IMG/VR virus record: IMGVR_UViG_3300036833_000473 | Span: 1 to 61,383 of that record | DNA from: a virus | Taxonomy: Duplodnaviria > Caudoviricetes | Reading direction: 5' to 3' (one strand) | DNA length: 61,383 nt | Shown: positions 53,939-61,383 of the stretch, in pieces | How the letters are laid out: each line of letters starts with the position of its first letter | Numbering within the stretch: the first letter of the stretch is position 1 | The notes under the pieces: generated by a model | The model's input: only the letters and a program-made list of their open reading frames with translations | Databases searched by the model: none | Told to the model about the DNA's origin: nothing | Position numbers and translations under genes: made by a program

Positions 53939-56305
53939 ATGGGTCTTTTCTCTCCCAGCCCGGCGACCAGCACTCAGACCTCTACCTCCACCACCAACTA
54001 CAATCCCAACGCCGCCTCGATGGCGCAATGGGGCAACATCCTCGGCACCGCCGGCGGCCTGGCCAATTACCTCGTCAATAACAACCAGAACTATCCCGGC
54101 CAGGCAGTGGCTCCTCCAACCGACCTGATGAGCCAGTACTGGCAGCAGTCGGGCCAACTGCAGGCGCCCGGCATGCAGGGCTTCCAGCAGGGCATGACCG
54201 ACATCGGCCAGGGTATCGCCAATCAGTACGTCAACCCGAACACCATCAGCCTGAACCAGAATTACAACTTCCAGCCGGGGCAGCTGAACTTCGCCAACCC
54301 GTTTGCCGGCGGCACGCCGAACGTCAGCGCGCCCGGCGGGGTGAGCGGTCTCGCGTCGTACTACCAGGTCAACCCGCAGCAGGTGCAAAGCGGCACGGTG
54401 CAGGCGCAGCAGGTGCAGGCGCCCGGCGCCATCAACCCGATTACCGGGCTGATGCAGGTGGCGGGCCCGCAGCTCCAGAACTACCAGATGGGGCCGGCCG
54501 CCAACGTCAATGCGCCGAATTTGAAAGACTTCACCATGCAGGCGGCCGGCAACGTGGCTCCGCAGGCGCAGGTAGGCGCGCAGTCCTGGACCGACCCGGG
54601 CACCGCGGCGTCCTACATGTCGCCGTATACGCAGCAGGTCGTTACTGCGCAGCAGGCGTACGCCACCCAGGCCGCGCAGCAGCAGCAGCAGCAGGAAGCG
54701 GCGCAGGCCACGCAGGCCGGTGCGTTTGGTGGCACGCGGGAAGCTGTTCAGAAAGCCATCAACGACCAGTCTTATCAAATGCAGCTTGGCCAGATTCAGG
54801 CCCAGGGTTTGCAGAACGCCTACCAGCAGGGCCAGCAGCAGTTCAACACCCAGCAGCAGCTCGGCATGCAGGGCCAGCAATTCAACGTGCAGCAGGGTCT
54901 CCAGGCGCAACTGGCCAACCAGCAGGCGCAGCAGCAGGCCAACGTGCAGAACCTCTCCGCCTATCTGCAAACCCAGGGCTTGGGCGCGCAGACCGGACTG
55001 CAAGCTGCCCTGGCGAACCAGCAGGCCGGCCTTACCGTGGGCCAGCAGAACCTGGGGGCCAACCTGCAGACTCAGAACCTGGGGGCAACTCTCGGTCAGC
55101 AGGCCCAGCTGGCCAACCAGCAGCAGGGACTGCAGAGCGCGATCGCCAACCAGCAGGCCCAGGAGTTCGGCGCCGGGCAGCAACTGCAGGCCTCTCTCGC
55201 CAACCAGCAGGCCGGCTTGCAAGCCGGCATCTTCAATACGCAATCCGGATTGCAGGCGGCTTTGGCCAATCAGCAGGCGGGCATCCAGACCGGCCTGGCT
55301 GCGCAGCAGATGGGATTGCAGGGCGCGCAGTTCAACGCGGGGCAGGGCTTGCAGGCCCAGCTGGCCAACCAGGCGGCGCAGATGCAGGCCATGGGCATGC
55401 AGTACCAGGGCGGCCTGCAGGGCGCCCTGCAGACGCAGAACCTCGGCTTCCAGGGCCAGGTCCAGGGCGCGCAGATGGGATTGCAGGCGCAGCAGGCGCA
55501 GGAGCAATTGCGCCAGGCGCAGCAGGGCATGAACATGCAGGGCCTCGGCCAGGCGGCCGGCATCTACGGCCAGGCCGGCCAGCTGGGATTGCAGGGCTTC
55601 CAGGCCGGCCTGCAGGGCAACGCCGCCTTGCAGCAGGGCGCCATGTCTCAACAGGGCTACCAGCAGCAGCTTGCTGACCAGGCTTACCAGCAGTGGCTGA
55701 TGAACCAGCAGGCGCCGATGCAGGCGATGAGCTGGCTCGCGCAGCTGCAGGGCATGCAGCCGCTGCCCTACAGCCAGACGACCGCCGGAACTCAGACCGG
55801 AACCCAGATGCCGGCGCAGCCGTCGATGGGCGGCCAGATCATCGGCGGCATCCTGGGCGGCCTGGGCAGCTTCCTGGCCAAGGGCGGCGAAGTGGAAAGC
55901 GACAACGACGCCACGCGGCGCGTGCTCGACCGCCTCCTGCGCCATCGCGGCGGCCTCGACGCCGCGCTCAGCACGCACTCCGGCGGCGGCAGCTCGATTC
56001 CCTTCGCCGCGGGAGGCCTGGGCGACCTGAGCGATCCGTCGCTGGCCGACGAGCTGGTGGATCCCTCGGGCGAGTACTCCTCGAGCGGCATCCGCGGTGA
56101 GATCGCTTCCCGCCTGGGCGGCGCGCCCGGCAACTGGCTCTCGCCGCATACCCCGCGCAACACGCCGCCGCCGGCGATCAGTACGGCCATGACTACGCGC
56201 AACCCGGAACTGTGGCACGCCCTGGTGCAGGCCGGCGCTTCCGGCCGGCGCAGCGGCCCGCGCGTTCCGCGCGGCGCTGGCTTAGGAGCGTTCGCCGATG
56301 CCTGA
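53939..56305 (+). CDS. Q-rich DNA-ejection/pilot-like protein
   Basis: YMSPY.QQV, AGAFGG.R, many LANQQA repeats. Confidence 0.75.
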   Translation: MGLFSPSPATSTQTSTSTTNYNPNAASMAQWGNILGTAGGLANYLVNNNQNYPGQAVAPPTDLMSQYWQQSGQLQAPGMQGFQQGMTDIGQGIANQYVNPNTISLNQNYNFQPGQLNFANPFAGGTPNVSAPGGVSGLASYYQVNPQQVQSGTVQAQQVQAPGAINPITGLMQVAGPQLQNYQMGPAANVNAPNLKDFTMQAAGNVAPQAQVGAQSWTDPGTAASYMSPYTQQVVTAQQAYATQAAQQQQQQEAAQATQAGAFGGTREAVQKAINDQSYQMQLGQIQAQGLQNAYQQGQQQFNTQQQLGMQGQQFNVQQGLQAQLANQQAQQQANVQNLSAYLQTQGLGAQTGLQAALANQQAGLTVGQQNLGANLQTQNLGATLGQQAQLANQQQGLQSAIANQQAQEFGAGQQLQASLANQQAGLQAGIFNTQSGLQAALANQQAGIQTGLAAQQMGLQGAQFNAGQGLQAQLANQAAQMQAMGMQYQGGLQGALQTQNLGFQGQVQGAQMGLQAQQAQEQLRQAQQGMNMQGLGQAAGIYGQAGQLGLQGFQAGLQGNAALQQGAMSQQGYQQQLADQAYQQWLMNQQAPMQAMSWLAQLQGMQPLPYSQTTAGTQTGTQMPAQPSMGGQIIGGILGGLGSFLAKGGEVESDNDATRRVLDRLLRHRGGLDAALSTHSGGGSSIPFAAGGLGDLSDPSLADELVDPSGEYSSSGIRGEIASRLGGAPGNWLSPHTPRNTPPPAISTAMTTRNPELWHALVQAGASGRRSGPRVPRGAGLGAFADA

Positions 56306-58745
56306 CCTGGTGCAGCAGGCCAATGCCTTGAAGCGGCTGCCGGACCAGGCGCTGCAGAGCGAGCTGGCGAATCCGACCGGCGCCGTGCCGGGCTACCTGG
56401 TGCTCGCCGAGGCGCAGCGCCGCGCGACCCTGCGCTCCGGCGCGCAGCAGAACCAGACGCAGCCCGGCTCGGTCTACGACGACCTGGTGCGCGGCATGAA
56501 CCCGGCCGCGCCGCCGCCCACCCAAGCGCCAGGGCCGCCCGGCATGACGCCCGCGCCGCAGGGCCTGGGCGCGCTCGGCAGCACGCCGCCGCCGGGGAAC
56601 TTCAAGCCGCCACAGCCAGCGGGTATGGCCGAGGGCGGCGAGGTGGACGACGGCGATGATTTCGGCGACGACGACGCCACCATGAGTTCCACCGGCAGCG
56701 CCTCACGCGCAATGCCCGGCAGCGAGTTCGATCCGTACATCAACGACAGTGCGCAGCGCTATGGCGTTCCCGCCGACTTCGTGCGCCGTGTGGTTAAGGC
56801 GGAAAGTAACTTCAATCCCCGGGCGCAGTCCCCCAAGGGGGCCATGGGTCTGATGCAGGTTCTGCCTGGCACGGGGCGCGATATGGGCGTAACGAATCTC
56901 GCCGACCCGCAGCAGAACATCGACGCCGGGACGCATTACCTGCGCTATCTGCACGACCGCTATGGTGACTGGCAGACGGCAACGGCGGCCTACAACGCTG
57001 GCATGGGCAGGGTGGACAAATATGGCGGCGTGCCGCCGTTCAGGGAAACCAGAAACTACCTCAAGGCAGTCCAGCCGCCGACCGAGGAGACCGCCACGGC
57101 CGCACCGGCACCGCCCGTGAATCCGCAGCCGAGTCTCGCGCCGGACGCCACGCCCACGGCTGCCCCGCTACCCGAGCCGCCCATCCCAGGCGCGCCTCCG
57201 CCGCTACCGGACGTATTAGGCGGAACCATTCCGCTTCCACCGATCGCTCCGCCAGCTGCCCAGCCCGCAGTTCTCACCGCCCAGCCCACCATGGAGCAGA
57301 CGATTCGTGGTCTGGTGCGAGAGAACTTCCCTGACCTCGATCAGAGTGGGATCCGCTCGAAGGTGGCGGAGCTCGAAGCTCAGGCGGCCAAGCTCGGTAA
57401 AAAGAGCTTCGGGAGAATGTTGTCCGATTTCGGCTGGGGCATGGCATCCGCCACCGCCCCCGTGGGCATCTTCGGCCAGATCGGCGCCGGCGGCGCGGCG
57501 ATGAACAAGGCGCAGGAAGCGCGCGAGGATCAGGCGCGCAAGATGCAGCTCGAGCTGCTGGGCGTGGATGCCAGCCTGGACAAGCAGGTCCAGACACACC
57601 AGGAAGCCATCGCCAAGGCGACGGAAACTGCAGCCTTGCAGATGCAGAAACAGCAGACGGCGCAACAGTCGCAGACCACGAAAAACCGGCTCAAGGGGCG
57701 CAATATTGTGGGTTACCAGGATGTAACCGACACGGTGCCGGTGGGGTATGAGGCCGTGCCGGACCCGGACAACCCCGGCAAGCAATACATCGTCACGCCT
57801 GGCCAGATGCTGGTCTCGGCGGATCTCGCCAGGCTTACCAGGGGACTCTACAAGGAGGGGGACAAGATCCCTTACTCGGTGGGTCAGGGCCTGATGACAA
57901 AGCTCGCCACCATTAAGCAGGGCGGCCCGAATGCAATTCAGGTGGCTGCCGGGATCGCCGGGCTGGATCTCAACGACCAGAGCCGGTGGAGTCCCGCTGA
58001 CTGGCAGAAGATCGAGGACATCCAGAAACCGCAGGTCAAATTCAGCCCTGCGCAGATCGATGCCTTTGCGCAGGATTACGCGACTACCGGCAAACTGCCC
58101 AATCTCGGCATGGGCACCAGCGGCGTGAATGCGCGCCAGGCCATCCTGGGGAAGGCGGCAGATATCGTGCACGGCCAGGGCACCACGCTCGCTAGCCTCC
58201 GGGCCTCCGGGTTATCGGACATGGATGCCTTAAAGAAACTGACAGCCATGCAAACCTCGGTAGAGGCGTTTGAAGGCACGGCTAACGCCAACCTGGATCA
58301 AATGCTATTGACCGCCAAGCCACTGATTGATTCGGGATCACCTTGGATCAATAAGCCCTTGCGTGAGGTTCAGACTGAGGGCTTCGGTGATAAAGAGCTG
58401 GCTGCTTACAGGGCGGCGCGCCAGGTCGCCTTGACCGAAATCGCCAAGGTAACCAACAACCCAAGCCTGTCCGGCCAGCTTTCTGATAGCGCTCGAAAAG
58501 AAGTAACGGAGCTGCTCCCGGAGAACGCGACCCTAGGGCAGATCTACAGCGTTGCCAAAATCCTGAAGCAGGACATGGCCAACCGCCACCTGTACCTGCA
58601 GAACGAGAGGGAGAAGCTGCAGCAGCGCCTGGGTACTCCGATCACCACGCCGGTCACCCCTCCTCTGGCCCCGGTGAAGGACGCGCATCGCACTTACCAG
58701 GGACGCGATTACGTGTTTGACGGAAAGCAATGGGTCGGTCAGTAA
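56298..58745 (+). CDS. Internal virion protein with lytic transglycosylase (SLT) domain
   Basis: AESNFNP.AQSPKGAMGLMQ, NIDAG.HYL, AAYNAG, PPFRETRNY. Confidence 0.88.
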   Translation: MPDLVQQANALKRLPDQALQSELANPTGAVPGYLVLAEAQRRATLRSGAQQNQTQPGSVYDDLVRGMNPAAPPPTQAPGPPGMTPAPQGLGALGSTPPPGNFKPPQPAGMAEGGEVDDGDDFGDDDATMSSTGSASRAMPGSEFDPYINDSAQRYGVPADFVRRVVKAESNFNPRAQSPKGAMGLMQVLPGTGRDMGVTNLADPQQNIDAGTHYLRYLHDRYGDWQTATAAYNAGMGRVDKYGGVPPFRETRNYLKAVQPPTEETATAAPAPPVNPQPSLAPDATPTAAPLPEPPIPGAPPPLPDVLGGTIPLPPIAPPAAQPAVLTAQPTMEQTIRGLVRENFPDLDQSGIRSKVAELEAQAAKLGKKSFGRMLSDFGWGMASATAPVGIFGQIGAGGAAMNKAQEAREDQARKMQLELLGVDASLDKQVQTHQEAIAKATETAALQMQKQQTAQQSQTTKNRLKGRNIVGYQDVTDTVPVGYEAVPDPDNPGKQYIVTPGQMLVSADLARLTRGLYKEGDKIPYSVGQGLMTKLATIKQGGPNAIQVAAGIAGLDLNDQSRWSPADWQKIEDIQKPQVKFSPAQIDAFAQDYATTGKLPNLGMGTSGVNARQAILGKAADIVHGQGTTLASLRASGLSDMDALKKLTAMQTSVEAFEGTANANLDQMLLTAKPLIDSGSPWINKPLREVQTEGFGDKELAAYRAARQVALTEIAKVTNNPSLSGQLSDSARKEVTELLPENATLGQIYSVAKILKQDMANRHLYLQNEREKLQQRLGTPITTPVTPPLAPVKDAHRTYQGRDYVFDGKQWVGQ

Positions 58746-58746
58746 T

Positions 58747-61383
58747 ATGCCGCAGAACACCAGTACGCCTCCGCCAGATACCCTGCCAGCCAACTTCTTT
58801 GATCCGCCACCCCAGACCAAGACCTCCGAAGGAAAAGCAGCTTCGGGAGAAAAGCCTCCCGATACGCTGCCTTCTGATTTCTCTTTCGCAGAGCCAACTC
58901 CGCCCGTTACGCCGCCAACGGACACCGTCAAGCAGGCAACACCTCCGCCCATGCCCTTCTCGGAACCAGGATCGGGTGACCGGTCGAAGCCCTTTCCAAA
59001 TCCGCAAGGTTCCGGGTTCGTGGCATCCCTTGCGAACAATCCGGCCGTGCAGGCAGGGACTGAATTTGGTAGTGGCCTCGGTAGTGGCCTCTGGAGCGAA
59101 ACCAATCCCGCCACGATCCTGGGCGGGCTGGCGCAGGCCACAGCACACCCCATTGACACGGTCAGGAATATCGCCGCTGGGCATACCGCAACGCTCGGTA
59201 GGGCCATCGATGCCTGGAACCGGGGCGATAAGGCAGAGGCCGCACGCCACTTGGTGGATTATATGATCCCGGTAGTCGGCCCGCATATCGACATGATGGG
59301 CGATCTGGCGGCAAGCGGGCATCTGGCAAACGTGGCACACGCTGCAGGTCAGGCCATCGGCTTTGCCGCTCCTGCCGCGTGGAGCATGCGCACAGCTGCG
59401 CCCGCTGCGGAGTCCGTGGCGGGTGCCCGCGTGCCGCTGGAGCCAGCGGCTACCCCCGCCGAGACCGCGGCCGAGGTTGCCAAGTTTTCTACGCCGGAAA
59501 CCGCACTGCAGGATTTCATCAAGGCGCGCAACGTGGAAGCGGCCAAGGGGACTTATCAGGCCGCCAGCCCGCACATGAAGCAGACCATGCAGCAGCAGTT
59601 CATCATGCAGACCATGAAGGAGGCTGGCGGGGATGCAGAGAAATTCGGCGAGCTGATAGATCGGTCTAAAAGCGCGTTTCCGCTGGAAGACCACCAGATG
59701 TTTGATGGCGCAAAGAACGCTATGCTGCACGAAAGTGCCACGCAGGCGGCCGCCAATGCCGCCGGCAAGGCGCTGCCGTTTGCGGAAATCGCAAGTCTCT
59801 TGCATGTTCCGGGTGCCCACGTTTTCACGCCCGTGCTGGCAGGGGCCAAGATCGTCGGCAGACTGATGGAATTCGGCGCCGGACGCAAGGCCCTGAGCAC
59901 CCTGGGCACGCTAACGCCAGGCACCCCGCAGTTCAGCGCGGTATGGGAAGCGGCCAAGAAGGCGGCCAGCGCCACCGTGCCTGCCGCGCAGGCTCTGGGT
60001 AAAACCACCGCGCCTACCACCGTGAACGTGCAGGGAGCCAAACAGTGGCAGCCGGAATTCTCGCAGGGCGGCAGCGTGGCCGAGCGGCTGCGCCACAACA
60101 CCCTGCGCGCCCTAATGGCGGCGCGCCCAGTCAGCATGGGCCTTGGCAGCATCGGTGATCCGGTTCACGTGCTTGCTGACGCCGGCCGCCACGATGAAAA
60201 TCGTCATAACGAACGAAATGACCGGAAAGGCGAAGCAGGCCGCAAAAACCAGGGCGGCCACGGGCAACATCACCGCGTACAGGAGGGTTATCCAGAAGCC
60301 CCAGCGGCCCAAGCAGTAGCAAATGCCCAAAACCAGGGCGCAGAAGAAAATGATCATCAGATTGCCAGCCATATCAGCCATAAGTTATCTGACGCTCCCC
60401 GCTCCCACCTTGTTGCTCCCCAAGGGGTGAAACGCGCCTCTGGCGGCCCCCTCGATCATCTCGAGCGCCGCGCCTTCGATCGCAACGTGGTGCTCAACGG
60501 TCTGCGCGGCTATGCCGACGGCGGCGACGTAAAGGCCGACGACGACCAGACCATCCAGCTCGGCGCGCAGCCGGGCCAGTTCGGTACCCCCACCAAGCCG
60601 CTCAAGCTGCCTGAGGCCCCCCGGCGCTTTCAGCCGGACTTCAAGAGCGGTCCTCTCGGTCTGGTGAACCCCGAGGCAGGCGTGGAGAACATAGTCGAGG
60701 GCGCCAGGAAAATGTGGGCGCCCTCGGGGACTACTGCCGCCGATCCGGCCTTCTGGGATACCAAGGCGTCGGGCGCCGCCCAGACGCTGCGTGGCCTCGG
60801 TACCTTCGGGGCGTTGGCCGCGCCGCTCAGCTTCCCTGCCATGGTAGCCGCGCCGGCCGAGGCGCTGGGCAGTGTGGCGGGCGGCCTGGGAGCGTCCTAC
60901 GCCACCCAGAAAGCAGCTGAGGCCGCAGGCGTACCAGCAGGCCAGGCAGAGCTGGTCAGCAACCTGGCCGGCATCTACGGCGGCGGGCTCGGCAGCCAGC
61001 TTACGCCCGAGCAGCTCGCCAGCGGCGCGCGGACAGTTGCTAGGGCTCCGGGCACCGTGCGGGACCTCATCAATCAGCTCGAATACACTGGCGGCGATCC
61101 GGAGCGCGGCTCGATCAGCCCCAAGCCGACCAGGGACGTAAAAGCCCGCTCGCTTGAAGATCTCAACCAGCGCATACCGGATGCGCAGCGTGTCGCCTCG
61201 AGTGACCCCACGCGCCTCGTTAATGGTCAGCCGTTTTCATCGGTCGATCTCGACGCGCCGTCCGAGGGCTTCCTGCCGCTCCGGCACCTGGGTTCCGAGG
61301 GCGCCAACAACCTGAACAACGGACTCTGGCAGGAGGCCATTCGCCAAAGTGAGCTCCCGGGCGGAAGCGCAGCCGCCACTGCT
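58747..61383 (+). CDS. N-terminal 879 aa of large ejection protein (continues at 139-1917)
   Basis: ATG directly after previous stop; frame runs open to window end; absent from ORF track. Confidence 0.85.
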   Translation, partial: MPQNTSTPPPDTLPANFFDPPPQTKTSEGKAASGEKPPDTLPSDFSFAEPTPPVTPPTDTVKQATPPPMPFSEPGSGDRSKPFPNPQGSGFVASLANNPAVQAGTEFGSGLGSGLWSETNPATILGGLAQATAHPIDTVRNIAAGHTATLGRAIDAWNRGDKAEAARHLVDYMIPVVGPHIDMMGDLAASGHLANVAHAAGQAIGFAAPAAWSMRTAAPAAESVAGARVPLEPAATPAETAAEVAKFSTPETALQDFIKARNVEAAKGTYQAASPHMKQTMQQQFIMQTMKEAGGDAEKFGELIDRSKSAFPLEDHQMFDGAKNAMLHESATQAAANAAGKALPFAEIASLLHVPGAHVFTPVLAGAKIVGRLMEFGAGRKALSTLGTLTPGTPQFSAVWEAAKKAASATVPAAQALGKTTAPTTVNVQGAKQWQPEFSQGGSVAERLRHNTLRALMAARPVSMGLGSIGDPVHVLADAGRHDENRHNERNDRKGEAGRKNQGGHGQHHRVQEGYPEAPAAQAVANAQNQGAEENDHQIASHISHKLSDAPRSHLVAPQGVKRASGGPLDHLERRAFDRNVVLNGLRGYADGGDVKADDDQTIQLGAQPGQFGTPTKPLKLPEAPRRFQPDFKSGPLGLVNPEAGVENIVEGARKMWAPSGTTAADPAFWDTKASGAAQTLRGLGTFGALAAPLSFPAMVAAPAEALGSVAGGLGASYATQKAAEAAGVPAGQAELVSNLAGIYGGGLGSQLTPEQLASGARTVARAPGTVRDLINQLEYTGGDPERGSISPKPTRDVKARSLEDLNQRIPDAQRVASSDPTRLVNGQPFSSVDLDAPSEGFLPLRHLGSEGANNLNNGLWQEAIRQSELPGGSAAATA
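60112..60381 (-). CDS. Nested antisense membrane protein
   Basis: 89 aa with about 60 contiguous hydrophobic residues; fully inside the + strand ORF. Confidence 0.6.
   Translation of the reverse strand: MADMAGNLMIIFFCALVLGICYCLGRWGFWITLLYAVMLPVAALVFAACFAFPVISFVMTIFIVAAGVSKHVNRITDAAKAHADWARRH
61258..61383 (+). repeat. Terminal overlap copy 2
   Basis: Identical to 13-138. Confidence 0.95.

Larger units (their letters stand above)
13..61257. mobile_element. Complete circular temperate phage genome (podovirus-like Caudoviricetes)
   Basis: 126-bp terminal overlap; terminase, portal, capsid, tail, replication and integrase genes; no host housekeeping genes. Confidence 0.93.

Noticed and set aside
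53918-56218. Long antisense ORFs (also 2475-3938, 4893-6422, 41122-42642, 48971-50191)
   Set aside because: Shadow frames of GC-rich genes with no motifs

Overview
This window is an apparently complete, circularly permuted temperate phage genome of about 61.2 kb. Bases 13-138 are repeated at 61258-61383, and one long virion ORF reads across the junction. It encodes a podovirus-like virion set (terminases, portal, scaffold, major capsid protein, GroES, adaptors, tail fibres, large ejection proteins) scattered over several blocks on both strands. It also has an AEP primase/UvrD/SNF2/VRR-NUC replication operon and a tyrosine integrase with excisionase-like genes. The host may be an acidobacterium (inference only). 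The main feature is an adaptation-less type V CRISPR system: a 581-aa Cas12m-like (V-M/V-U1) effector followed 10 bp later by a 12-repeat array. Its repeats differ in sequence but keep the hairpin, and its spacers range from 10 to 38 nt. Six more solitary copies of the same repeat lie elsewhere, five of them in sense orientation within the replication operon. This suggests the effector processes or regulates the phage's own mRNA, or draws guides from it. The same early operon encodes an AcrVA2-like protein, and an Acb2-like protein occurs elsewhere. All family assignments come from motif recognition by eye; no database search was run.
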